A model generated the notes under the pieces. The model saw only the letters and a program-made list of their open reading frames with translations. It made no database searches and had not been told where the DNA came from. Shown in pieces: positions 8,803 through 18,277 of a stretch of DNA of 64,000 nt (the first letter of the stretch is position 1; each line of letters opens with the position of its first letter). A program made the translations under genes and the position numbers. The stretch covers positions 1,551 through 65,550 of the forward strand of contig CALJKJ010000042.1 in the NCBI GenBank assembly GCA_937973685.1, written 5' to 3'. Source of the stretch: an uncultured Flavobacteriales bacterium (GTDB lineage Bacteria > Bacteroidota > Bacteroidia > Flavobacteriales_D > Crocinitomicaceae).

Positions 8803-11800
8803 CTATCTAGTTACAGTTACGCTTGAATTGATTGTTTCTTTTGTTCCACTGATGTACTTCACTTCTACAACTACTGGGTAAACACCTGTGGCTACTTTAA
8901 CGCCATTAACATGTCCATTCCAACGATTATTTTTATTCGTTGAAGTAAACACTTTGTTGCCCCAGCGATCAAATACTTCCAAACTAAACGAGGCAACATC
9001 CTTCCCAACTTTTGGCCCGAACGTATCATTCAACCCGTCACCGTTTGGCGAGAAACCAGTTGGCAAAAAGAATCCAAGGAAACAATTATCTCCAACTGGA
9101 TTTGGATCACAATCATCTAACGGATCCGAACCATTTGTTACTTCGTTCCCATCAGACAAACCATCACCATCCGTATCTGGATTAGTTGGGCTAGTGCCTA
9201 ATGCTGTTTCTTGTGCGTCTAAAAGACCATCACCATCTGTATCAATATTACAAGCAGGAGTTGCATTTGGCGGATCGCATGGATCTAGTGGATCTGTTGT
9301 GTTTGTGTTTTCAGTTCCATCGTTGATGCCATCTCCATCTGTATCTGGATTCGTTGGGTTTGTTCCCAAAGTCGCTTCCACTGAATTGATTAACCCATCA
9401 TTATCTTGATCACACGGTCCAGCAGCAGGATTTGGTATGCATGGGTCGTTATTTGCTGGATCCATTTCATTGTTTACACCATCATTATCCGAATCAACGG
9501 CTGATGATTCCAACGCATCAATAATGCCATCACCGTCTGTATCGGTTGGAGTCGATGGATTACTACCTACTTCCAGGTTGTCGTTTTCGCCGTCACCATC
9601 CGTATCTGGATTTGTTGGGTCTGTTCCTGCAATAACCTCATCTACATTCAAAATACCATCACCATCAATGTCTGGACTATCTGGAACAAAAACAGCAGTA
9701 ATTGTTACAGGTGCGTTTATCACCATTCCATTTGTATCTTGCGTAGTTGGTTGCAATAACGTATTTGCCGTTACTGTCCAATGAGAAAAAGTAAAGCCTG
9801 TTTGAGCACTTGCTATCAAATTCGTGTTTATTCCACCAAAATAAGTAGTTGTCCAAGGGTATGTTGGTGCCCAAACTGAATTCACTTTTACTGTTCCAGC
9901 TAGTGGTGGTGAAACATTGACGACAACCTGATAAGGTCCCGTTAAATTGTAGCAGTTAATCATTCCTTGAGCTAAGGTTGCACAACGAGTATTTATAAAT
10001 GTTTTCATTGCCAACACATTTGCTTGCCATCCAGCAACAGAGCCTCCCCATCTGGTACAATGTTGTTGCATTTCGGGAGAAATCTCTGCAATCATGCTAT
10101 CTAATAACTGATTCATGTATGCACACGAAAAATGGGTGTTCACCAAGTCAATATAACGTGTGATATAATATTGTTTTACTATGGGATTTTCGTTAATTAA
10201 CTTCTGAAGGATTGCCGTGTGACCTTGCCCCCCTGGATTTGGTAAATTTTCAACATTACATGGACTTGCGTTAGCTGTTGCATCCGGGATTCCAGTATAA
10301 TTGACATAATGTCCAAATGTTGCATCCATGTCCCACAGGGTATAACGCCATTTCTTTTTATCACCAAGGGGATTGATTCCGCGCCACCAAGCTGTATTCC
10401 AATTTAACCAATCCTGGTTGACGATGTATGAATTTATCACAAAGTAATCAACCAACGATTCCCAATTCAATAAACTATCAACATAAGCGAAGTTTGTTGG
10501 GTTTGCCATGCTATTACTAGTAACATAAGTGCGCAAGGCATTCCAATCAGGTAAGGCATTTGGTGATCCATATTCTTGCCAAGTTCCACCCCAAGTTTTT
10601 AGAAAATACAGGTTAAATTTATCTTGATTAGCATAATAATCTGTGAAGTCTGCATCGTCTACTTTTTCTCTAATTTCATAAACTCCCCAATATTGACCAT
10701 TTACATACACCACACATGGGCGCCAAGTTCGTTCTTCTAGTTTTAAATCAGCTTTTTGAGATAAGGTATGAACAAAGGCATCACGAATATGAGCGCCCCC
10801 TGTTTCAAATGGATAATTATCACTAGCTCCTGGTTTCAGGATAACACGTTGAAATTTATCTCTCGGAGTATCTGGAAAAATTTGGTGATCTAATTCATCA
10901 TTATAACCAAATTGATCTTTCATTACAAAATCAAAACCTCTTTGATCGTATGCCCACGAATCATTTCCGTGTTTGTTAAATTCTCCTTCACCTTTATCAA
11001 CAAATGACTTATCTTCCTCCCATAATTCAAAAAAACCTTGTGGATTGATGCCACTATTTCCGTTTAGTAAACTGATGACACTATTATTACCAAATCCAGC
11101 CACAGAGACTACAGGAACGGTGTGGTTCACATTGATGAAATACGTCCCGGATTGCGTAAAACTTGATTCCCCTGGTCCAAATGCTTTTGCGCGTAAGACG
11201 GTGGTCGTACTAATCGTAATAGGTCCTGAATATAACGTAGCAGTCCCATTTGGCGTTGCGCCATTGGTCGTGTAACGAATGGTTGCTGTTGGATCAGAAC
11301 AGGTAATTGTAACGGTTTGGGTTGCAGGATAAAATCCTGGTGCAACACTAAAAACAGGTGTCGGAGCATAGAAATCTACTGCTCCAGCATTCACTGCATT
11401 GGGAGTGGGAGTTGTGAATAATTTCCAAACTGCAGCACCATCCGTTTGACGTCCAACAGAATGATTATTTTTAGTAAGATGTATTATTTTTAACGAATCG
11501 ACAACAGTTGTGCCGTTGGGAGCAGTTAAAATAATCCATTCATTTTTTGTTTGTGTCAATCCAAAAGCTGGGTGAATTTGAGTTCCACTTACGAGACCTC
11601 TACCAGAAAAATAAATCATTGTTTTTCCATTCGCAGGAACTGTTCCGGAAGGGATTTGCCATTTTGTCAAATTAGAAGCTTTATCCGAAAGGTAGTATCC
11701 TGTTAAATTAACAGCAGTTCCTAAAGTATTCATTAATTCAGCCCAATCTTCTTTTTCACCAAATGCATCAGACGGTCCATTAATATTGGAACACGAGTAT

Positions 11801-11886
11801 TCATTGATAAGCAGTTGCGCATTTGAACCAAAAATGACGAAGATAAAAGCAAAAAATAACTGTAAGTGTTTGTTTTTCTTATGCAT
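8803..11886 (-). CDS. T9SS type-B cargo: lamin-tail domain, Fn3-like domain, CotH-family kinase, TSP3-like Ca-binding repeats and gliding-motility-associated CTD
   Basis: LLINEY...DWAEL (LTD); PTPVFS...IRYTTNG (Fn3-like); YWGVYEIRE, NQDWLNWN, WDMDATFG (CotH); 8 DxDxDG motifs; C-terminal PTGFSPNGDGLNDTF...FDRWG...WNG...VTVTR. Likely start is the ATG at 11886. Confidence 0.85.
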   Translation of the reverse strand: MHKKNKHLQLFFAFIFVIFGSNAQLLINEYSCSNINGPSDAFGEKEDWAELMNTLGTAVNLTGYYLSDKASNLTKWQIPSGTVPANGKTMIYFSGRGLVSGTQIHPAFGLTQTKNEWIILTAPNGTTVVDSLKIIHLTKNNHSVGRQTDGAAVWKLFTTPTPNAVNAGAVDFYAPTPVFSVAPGFYPATQTVTITCSDPTATIRYTTNGATPNGTATLYSGPITISTTTVLRAKAFGPGESSFTQSGTYFINVNHTVPVVSVAGFGNNSVISLLNGNSGINPQGFFELWEEDKSFVDKGEGEFNKHGNDSWAYDQRGFDFVMKDQFGYNDELDHQIFPDTPRDKFQRVILKPGASDNYPFETGGAHIRDAFVHTLSQKADLKLEERTWRPCVVYVNGQYWGVYEIREKVDDADFTDYYANQDKFNLYFLKTWGGTWQEYGSPNALPDWNALRTYVTSNSMANPTNFAYVDSLLNWESLVDYFVINSYIVNQDWLNWNTAWWRGINPLGDKKKWRYTLWDMDATFGHYVNYTGIPDATANASPCNVENLPNPGGQGHTAILQKLINENPIVKQYYITRYIDLVNTHFSCAYMNQLLDSMIAEISPEMQQHCTRWGGSVAGWQANVLAMKTFINTRCATLAQGMINCYNLTGPYQVVVNVSPPLAGTVKVNSVWAPTYPWTTTYFGGINTNLIASAQTGFTFSHWTVTANTLLQPTTQDTNGMVINAPVTITAVFVPDSPDIDGDGILNVDEVIAGTDPTNPDTDGDGENDNLEVGSNPSTPTDTDGDGIIDALESSAVDSDNDGVNNEMDPANNDPCIPNPAAGPCDQDNDGLINSVEATLGTNPTNPDTDGDGINDGTENTNTTDPLDPCDPPNATPACNIDTDGDGLLDAQETALGTSPTNPDTDGDGLSDGNEVTNGSDPLDDCDPNPVGDNCFLGFFLPTGFSPNGDGLNDTFGPKVGKDVASFSLEVFDRWGNKVFTSTNKNNRWNGHVNGVKVATGVYPVVVEVKYISGTKETINSSVTVTR
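9083..9672 (-). repeat. Thrombospondin type-3-like acidic repeats with three Cys pairs, inside the CotH protein
   Basis: DIDGDG, DTDGDG x5, DSDNDG, DQDNDG; DPCIPNPAAGPC, DPCDPPNATPAC, DDCDPNPVGDNC. Confidence 0.85.
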
Positions 11887-12031
11887 GAACTTAATTTTCA
11901 AGTATCAATAATACTTCATTTTTATGAATTAGTTGCTTTTTTCAAGCAATTTCAAAAGATAAATCATCTTTTTTATAGAAATAAAATTGATTAACTTTAT
12001 TTTCTATTAATATTGTGAACACATTAAAAAA

Positions 12032-12460
12032 ATGAAAATGAAAAAAATCATAGTTAGTAGTTTCGTGTTTTTAGCTCTTGCCGCTTGTAAAAAAGTTGAA
12101 GGTCCAGGTGGTAAAGGAACAATTTCAGGAAAAATAATGATTAATCAATGGTCATATATTGACAATGTTCCAAATTTAGAAGGGTCATATGCAGGTGCTG
12201 GTGAAGATGTGTATATCATTTATGGAACTGATGATGAGATTTTTGATGATAAAATTGAATGTAATTTTGATGGAACGTTTGAGATTCCAAATTTAAGACC
12301 AGGTAAATACACCTTATTTGGATACAATAAAGTTTTCCATCCAGGGGCAAGCATAACAAATAATGATGATGATTATTATACACTTGAAGCTGTAAAAACG
12401 ACTGTTGACCTTTCCAAAAAAGAAGCAAAAGACATTGGGACTATTACTTTAAAAAAATAA
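12032..12460 (+). CDS. Hypothetical lipoprotein (possible Cna-B / carboxypeptidase-regulatory-like beta domain)
   Basis: MKKIIVSSFVFLALAAC lipobox; GTISGKI...DGTFEIPNLRPGKYTLF. Confidence 0.65.
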   Translation: MKMKKIIVSSFVFLALAACKKVEGPGGKGTISGKIMINQWSYIDNVPNLEGSYAGAGEDVYIIYGTDDEIFDDKIECNFDGTFEIPNLRPGKYTLFGYNKVFHPGASITNNDDDYYTLEAVKTTVDLSKKEAKDIGTITLKK

Positions 12461-12466
12461 TAGAAG

Positions 12467-12494
12467 AAGGTAACAGTAACTGTTACCTTTTTTT
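12467..12494. terminator. Intrinsic terminator between the convergent lipoprotein gene and rodA
   Basis: 10-bp stem AAGGTAACAG-taa-CTGTTACCTT followed by a T run. Confidence 0.8.
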
Positions 12495-13896
12495 ATGATA
12501 ATACATCTCTTCGTTGGCTGTCTAATTTAATCAGTACAAACAACATTATTGAAAAAGACATCAAAGACGAACCTCCATAGCTAAATAAGGGTAGTGGAAT
12601 CCCAATTACCGGTGCAAATCCGATGTTCATCCCGATATTTACTGCAAAGTGATAAAAAATAATCATCGCCACACTATACGCATAAACCCTGTTAAATGTC
12701 GAGCGCTGCCTTTCTGCAATTATGAGAATCCGAACAAGCATAAATAGGAACAAAAACACAATTGTCGCGCTTCCCAAAAATCCCCATTCTTCTGAAAGTG
12801 GACAAAAAATAAAGTCGGTTTCACTTTCTGGAACGTGATTTGAACGAACAGATGCTACACTAGCTTGGCGGTATCCTTTACCAAAAAGTCCTCCTGATCC
12901 AACTGCAGCCATTGCTCGGTTTCTGTTGTAATCTTTTCCGTCTTTCTCATCTTTATCACTTATTCCAAGAACCAACTCAATACGATCTTTTTGATGTTGA
13001 GCCAAACTAGAAAAAGAAAAATTGACGATACTAGCTAACAAGGAAGATAAAAACCACCCCACAACAACAATCAAAATAATGCGTCCTCTTTCTCTTCGGG
13101 TTGAAAACCAACTAAAAATAAGATAAGCAATGACCGCTAGAAGAATTAATACTGAAAGTACCCCGTAAAATCCAGGAATCAATACACCCGGCAAAAAGAT
13201 AAACTCATACTCATTTTTACTCATCAACAAGGTGATGATTGAGAGAAAAAGGGCGTAAAACAAAATAGGAATAAAGTGGCTACCAACCCATGTTTGTTTG
13301 AATTTGATACCTGGGATAACATTAACAAACTTAAGTACCAAAGGGTCAAATGTAATTCCCTCACGGTAAAGCACAAAAAAGAAAGATGTAAACACGACAA
13401 AAGTACCTGCATCTGGTTGTAACAATATCAAAACCATTGGTACCATAACAATTGCCAATGCTATCAATACTGTTTGGATGTTTTGTTGTTTCACGTTTAC
13501 ACTTGAAATATAACTTGCTAAGGCAATTGCAGTAGCAATCTTCATGAATTCAGCAGGTTGGATTCCCATTGAACCAATACCAAGCCAAGCACGTGCTCCA
13601 TTAATTGGGGGCGTAAAAAGCACCAGAATTAATAGTGAAAAACAAAACAAATAGATGGGAATAGCAAACTTTCGATAAATATCAGAATCAATCAAAAAAA
13701 CAAGAAATCCAAGGAAAAGAGAGATGCCAACCCACATGATTTGTTTCCCATATTTTTGTGAAAAATCAAATATGCTGGGAAAGTCTGGATCGTATGCCGC
13801 TGAATAAACATTAGCAATCCCCATCGTTAACATCAAGATAACAATGCCAAACAACCACCAGTCGACATGCTGCGTAAGGGAATCTGACTTTCTCAT
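12493..13896 (-). CDS. rodA: Rod shape-determining SEDS protein RodA
   Basis: GARAW, IQPAEFMK, LQPDAGT, PESETDFIF, GIPLPLFSYGGSS; TAATG overlap with mrdA. Confidence 0.96.
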   Translation of the reverse strand: MRKSDSLTQHVDWWLFGIVILMLTMGIANVYSAAYDPDFPSIFDFSQKYGKQIMWVGISLFLGFLVFLIDSDIYRKFAIPIYLFCFSLLILVLFTPPINGARAWLGIGSMGIQPAEFMKIATAIALASYISSVNVKQQNIQTVLIALAIVMVPMVLILLQPDAGTFVVFTSFFFVLYREGITFDPLVLKFVNVIPGIKFKQTWVGSHFIPILFYALFLSIITLLMSKNEYEFIFLPGVLIPGFYGVLSVLILLAVIAYLIFSWFSTRRERGRIILIVVVGWFLSSLLASIVNFSFSSLAQHQKDRIELVLGISDKDEKDGKDYNRNRAMAAVGSGGLFGKGYRQASVASVRSNHVPESETDFIFCPLSEEWGFLGSATIVFLFLFMLVRILIIAERQRSTFNRVYAYSVAMIIFYHFAVNIGMNIGFAPVIGIPLPLFSYGGSSLMSFSIMLFVLIKLDSQRRDVLS

Positions 13897-15770
13897 TACT
13901 TCTTTTTTGGTTTCGCAATCATGTGCAATAAATTTGCTTCCAAAATGTATTTCTCTTTGTCTTTATCCAACACTTTTCGGTTGATGTATTTTTCAATCAT
14001 CAAACTAGCAATTGGAGCAGCCCAAGTTCCACCAAATCCGGCATTTTCCACAAAAACAGCAATGGCAATTTTTGGACGATTCATTGGAGCAAAAGAAATA
14101 AATATGGAATGGTCTTCACCATGAGGATTTTGTGCCGTTCCTGTTTTACCACAAACGACAATTCCTTTTACTGCTGCTTTTTTACCTGTTCCCCCATCTT
14201 CGTTTACCACACGGCGCATCCCTTCGATAACAGGTTCGAAATGTTGAGCATCAATCAATGTTCGGTGCCGTTGATTTTTTGTAACTATCTTTTTATTTCC
14301 GATACTTCTTACAAAATGCGGCGTATAAAACCATCCTCTATTAGCAATTAATGCTGCAATATTTGCCATTTGTAACGGTGTAACTTTTACCTCACCTTGC
14401 CCAATAGCAATGGAACGTATAGTTGAAAAAGCCCACGTGTGATGACCGTACCATTTGTCATAATAAGCGCCATCAGGAATTAATCCAGGGCGAACGCTTG
14501 AAATGTCTGTAGCTAGTTCACGTCCCAAACCAAATGCATGCATGTATTTCGCCCATTTGTTCAATCCTGCTTCTGCATCTGCAAAATTTGATTTGAATTT
14601 ACCTTGTTGAATTATCTTTTTAACGGCGTAATAATAGTACGGATTACAAGAATATTGAACGGCTTTTCTTAAATCTGTGGCTGTTGGATGATTGTGACAA
14701 CCTACCATGCTTTTAGTACATGGGAATCCAGTATCCGGAGTAATAACACCTTCTTGTAACCCAATTAACGATTGCAATAATTTAAAAATTGAACCAGGAG
14801 GATATTCTGCGGCAAGTGGTCTTGGAAAGAGCGGATTCCCGGGATCCAACGCCAATTTGGGGTAATTTTCAGAGATATTTTTTCGTCCAACCAATAAATT
14901 AGGATCAAAACTAGGTGATGAAACCATGGCGATAATTTCACCAGTTTTCGGTTCAATTGCAACAATACAACCACGCTTATTTTTCATTAATCGTTCACCG
15001 TAATATTGCAAATCAATATCCAAACCTAATTTCAAAGGAGCGCCTTGTTTTGCTAAAGTATCGTATTTACCGCCAGCATATGATTCAATTGCATTATTCA
15101 ATGCAGATGTAACAACGTATTTAATACCTTTCTGACCACGTAATTCTTTTTCGTAGTAACGTTCCAATCCAGCACGACCAATCAAATCACCGTTTCGATA
15201 AAAACGGTCAGCTTCAATTTCTTCGCGATTTGTTTCACTCAAATAACCAAATATGTTAGCTCCACCAGCATAAGGATAAAAACGCATAGAGGTTAAATCT
15301 TCAAAAAATCCTGGGAATTTTTCTAAATGTGGAGCAATTCGTGTGATTTCATCGTTGGTTAATTCCTTGATAAAAGGATATTTTCGTTGTGGTTGATAAT
15401 TTTCTTGGTATTTACCAATGTTTTTATTGAAATAGCGCCCTTCACCTTTTTTGATTTCGTAAAATCTATTTTTTACTTTTTGGGGTGTCCAGCCGAGTAA
15501 TTTTGCAAATTCAACGGTATCAAATTCGGTCATTTCTTCTTGACACATCAACAAATTGTAGTAGCTCTTATTAGTCACTACTTTTTTATCGTGACGATCA
15601 AAAATAATAGCACGAGGAGGAGTAATTTCTTTGCGCTTTTCAGCAATTTCTTGTGCACGCAATTTCCATGTATCATCAATAACTTGCATGAAAAAAAGGC
15701 GCGATAAATAGATCACACCAACGGTAAAGAAAAATACAATGATAACATTTTTTCGACCGTCTAAATTCAT
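13896..15770 (-). CDS. mrdA: Penicillin-binding protein 2
   Basis: PPRAIIFDR, SxxK (GSIFK), SxN (SCN) and KTGT motifs. Confidence 0.95.
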   Translation of the reverse strand: MNLDGRKNVIIVFFFTVGVIYLSRLFFMQVIDDTWKLRAQEIAEKRKEITPPRAIIFDRHDKKVVTNKSYYNLLMCQEEMTEFDTVEFAKLLGWTPQKVKNRFYEIKKGEGRYFNKNIGKYQENYQPQRKYPFIKELTNDEITRIAPHLEKFPGFFEDLTSMRFYPYAGGANIFGYLSETNREEIEADRFYRNGDLIGRAGLERYYEKELRGQKGIKYVVTSALNNAIESYAGGKYDTLAKQGAPLKLGLDIDLQYYGERLMKNKRGCIVAIEPKTGEIIAMVSSPSFDPNLLVGRKNISENYPKLALDPGNPLFPRPLAAEYPPGSIFKLLQSLIGLQEGVITPDTGFPCTKSMVGCHNHPTATDLRKAVQYSCNPYYYYAVKKIIQQGKFKSNFADAEAGLNKWAKYMHAFGLGRELATDISSVRPGLIPDGAYYDKWYGHHTWAFSTIRSIAIGQGEVKVTPLQMANIAALIANRGWFYTPHFVRSIGNKKIVTKNQRHRTLIDAQHFEPVIEGMRRVVNEDGGTGKKAAVKGIVVCGKTGTAQNPHGEDHSIFISFAPMNRPKIAIAVFVENAGFGGTWAAPIASLMIEKYINRKVLDKDKEKYILEANLLHMIAKPKKK

Positions 15771-16285
15771 CTTTCTTTTTTTGATTTATCCATGAAAGCT
15801 GTCCGAACAAGTAAACTTAATCCAAAAGAAATGGGAACACTTAAAATGATTTTTTGAAGAATCAGTAAAAACTCATTCCATTTAAATACTTCAATAATGA
15901 AGAACCAAGTATGATGAATGAACAACAATACAATGTATGAAACAATAAACCAACGAACTGCCAATAAATTCATGGCATTCATTTCACCCATTTCAAAACC
16001 ATCTCGGGGGGCAAATAATTTAAACACCAATGGTCTAAAAAAGGCAAAAACAACCGCTGCCGATGCATGTAGACCAAATGTATTTGAAAAGGCATCGATC
16101 GTTAATCCAAAGAAAAAACTAACAAACATCAACGTGACAGTTGCCATTTCAATCGGTAATAATAAAATAAACAACGGGTATAACATGGGATAAATACCCG
16201 CGCCAACTTCCAAATTATTTAATATCAATACTTGGACAAGTACTAACAAAACAAAACGGATACTATTACTTACAATTACATTCAT
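15767..16285 (-). CDS. mreD: Rod shape-determining protein MreD
   Basis: Hydrophobic, with IDAFSNTFGLHA. Start at 16285 (MNVIVSN), 1 nt after the mreC stop; ATGA overlap with mrdA. Confidence 0.88.
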   Translation of the reverse strand: MNVIVSNSIRFVLLVLVQVLILNNLEVGAGIYPMLYPLFILLLPIEMATVTLMFVSFFFGLTIDAFSNTFGLHASAAVVFAFFRPLVFKLFAPRDGFEMGEMNAMNLLAVRWFIVSYIVLLFIHHTWFFIIEVFKWNEFLLILQKIILSVPISFGLSLLVRTAFMDKSKKER

Positions 16286-16286
16286 C

Positions 16287-17135
16287 TTACAAATCTTCTT
16301 CTTCTTTGTCTGCAGGAATTGCATCTTGCAGTTGTTCTAATTCATCCAAATGAATATTCTTCACAACATAAACTTGTTGCACTGTTCGAAAGTCCACAGC
16401 AGTTAACAAATGAATGTCCCACAAAGGTCTTCCTTCCATGAATCGTTTTTCAACTACTTTTCCAACTGGAATTCCTCTTGGGAAAATACCAGAGCCTCCT
16501 TTTGTCGAAACGGTTGACCACTTTTTGATCCGCATATCATTTGAAATACCTGAAATTTGAACATACTTAGCATTTTCACCATCCCATTTTAACAAGCCAA
16601 AAGCACCACCTTTATCCAACATAACGTCAATGTTGATGTTTTTAGACAAAATCGTTTTCACTAAGGAATATCTTTTGCCAACTGTGTGCACAATTCCAAC
16701 AACTCCCTTGGAAGAAAACACTCCCCATCCTCTTTTAATTCCATGATTGGAACCAATGTCAATGGTCATGTAATTATTACGTTTGTCAAAAGTGCTATTG
16801 ATTGCTGTTGCAGGAATATATTTGTATTGTTGGTTATACAAAGTGTCGTCTATTGCAACAAATCCTTTTTTTAATTGATAGTTGGAAAGCTTTAATTGCT
16901 GTTTTAACCATGCATTCTCCCAAGCAAGTTGCTTGTTTGTTTCTTCCAAATTAAAATGTTTCACCACATCATTGCGCACCGACATTACAGAGCTATTAAT
17001 GCCAGATATGGTTGAAAGTGCTTGTAATCGAGCAAATTCAGAATAACGAACATATGTAGATAATGCTACAATTTGCAACAAGACAAAAACTAAAAATATT
17101 CGAAAACGCTGAAAAAAAGCAAGCAAATTACGCAT
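16287..17135 (-). CDS. mreC: Rod shape-determining protein MreC
   Basis: N-terminal TM, coiled coil (ENAWLK), IDIGSNHGIK, STKGGSGIFPRGIPVG. Confidence 0.93.
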   Translation of the reverse strand: MRNLLAFFQRFRIFLVFVLLQIVALSTYVRYSEFARLQALSTISGINSSVMSVRNDVVKHFNLEETNKQLAWENAWLKQQLKLSNYQLKKGFVAIDDTLYNQQYKYIPATAINSTFDKRNNYMTIDIGSNHGIKRGWGVFSSKGVVGIVHTVGKRYSLVKTILSKNINIDVMLDKGGAFGLLKWDGENAKYVQISGISNDMRIKKWSTVSTKGGSGIFPRGIPVGKVVEKRFMEGRPLWDIHLLTAVDFRTVQQVYVVKNIHLDELEQLQDAIPADKEEEDL

Positions 17136-17139
17136 ACTG

Positions 17140-17147
17140 CAAAAGTA
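17140..17147 (-). promoter_or_regulatory. -7 box for mreC (TACTTTTG), 4 nt before the ATG
   Basis: Minus strand reads TACTTTTG-CAGT-ATG. Confidence 0.65.
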
Positions 17148-17241
17148 GTGAGTTTAACCGTTTTTAAAATAGAAAAGTATGAAATAAATGAACAATTTTT
17201 ACGCGCTTGTTGTTAACTTATCCACTATGTTGAAAGAATCT

Positions 17242-18258
17242 TTATTCCAAGCCTTTTGCGACACGGAATTTTTCCCATTTCCATGCATCCGAAACAGCTT
17301 CTTCTACAGAAAATTTTGCTTCCCAATTTAATTCCTTTTTTGCTTTGTCAGCTCGTGCAAAAATAGCAGTTACATCTCCTGCTCTTCTGGGACCAAATTG
17401 CCAATTAATTTTGTTCCCTGTTGCTTTTTCAAAGGCAGCAATTAATTCAATCACTGAAGTACCTTTGCCTGTTCCAACATTGAAAATTGCTGGTTCATTG
17501 GCTTGTACAACTGCTAACGCTTTGATGTGAGCAAGCGCCAAATCACACACATGGATATAATCGCGGATGCATGTTCCATCTTCCGTTGGGTAATCCGACC
17601 CGAAGACAGTTAATTGTTCGCGAATTCCTGCTGCAGTTTGAGTGATATATGGGACGATATTGTTTGGAACGCCTTGTGGCAATTCACCTATAATCCCACT
17701 TTTATGTGCACCAATTGGGTTGAAATAACGCAATAAAACGGCATCTATACTTCCTGTTTTAGCAACATCTTTGATGATTTGTTCTCCCATGTATTTTGTC
17801 CATCCATAAGGAGAATTGGGTGTTTCTAGCTGAGTTTCCTCACTCACTTGCGTTCCATTCTTTGGAACTCCGTAAACGGTACACGAGGAAGAAAAAACAA
17901 ATTGACGTACACCAAATTGCTCCATAGTTTTTAAAACCGTTATTAATCCATTCAAATTATTATTGTAATACATTAAAGGATTGTCAACTGATTCCCCAAC
18001 TGCTTTGTGTGCTGCAAAATGGATAACCCCTTGAATGGCATGTGTTTTAAAAATAGTTGCTACTAATGCTTCATCCGAGCAATCGCCAGTAATAACGGTT
18101 AAATCTTTCCCACACAACTCGTTTATTCGCTCAATAACAGATGTGCTAGCATTAGAAAAATTATCTAAAATGATCGGTTCAAATCCATTGGCTACAAGCT
18201 CAACAACAGTATGCGATCCGATATAGCCAGCACCACCAGTTACTAAAATATTTTTCAT
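17242..18258 (-). CDS. galE: UDP-glucose 4-epimerase
   Basis: TGGAGYIG, HFAAHKAV, FSSSCTVYG, YGWTK, LRYFNPIG, RDYIHV. Confidence 0.95.
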   Translation of the reverse strand: MKNILVTGGAGYIGSHTVVELVANGFEPIILDNFSNASTSVIERINELCGKDLTVITGDCSDEALVATIFKTHAIQGVIHFAAHKAVGESVDNPLMYYNNNLNGLITVLKTMEQFGVRQFVFSSSCTVYGVPKNGTQVSEETQLETPNSPYGWTKYMGEQIIKDVAKTGSIDAVLLRYFNPIGAHKSGIIGELPQGVPNNIVPYITQTAAGIREQLTVFGSDYPTEDGTCIRDYIHVCDLALAHIKALAVVQANEPAIFNVGTGKGTSVIELIAAFEKATGNKINWQFGPRRAGDVTAIFARADKAKKELNWEAKFSVEEAVSDAWKWEKFRVAKGLE

Positions 18259-18277
18259 GCAATTGCTTTGGTTAAAA

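Noticed and set aside
8888-9784. Two long plus-strand ORFs (173 and 115 aa) opposite the CotH repeats
   Set aside because: Antisense shadows of the DxDGDG repeat codons; Ser/Pro-rich, with no start context.
13060-13350. Extra hydrophobic segment making RodA 467 aa
   Set aside because: Longer RodA with additional TM helices is, to my recollection, usual in Bacteroidota; all catalytic motifs are intact.
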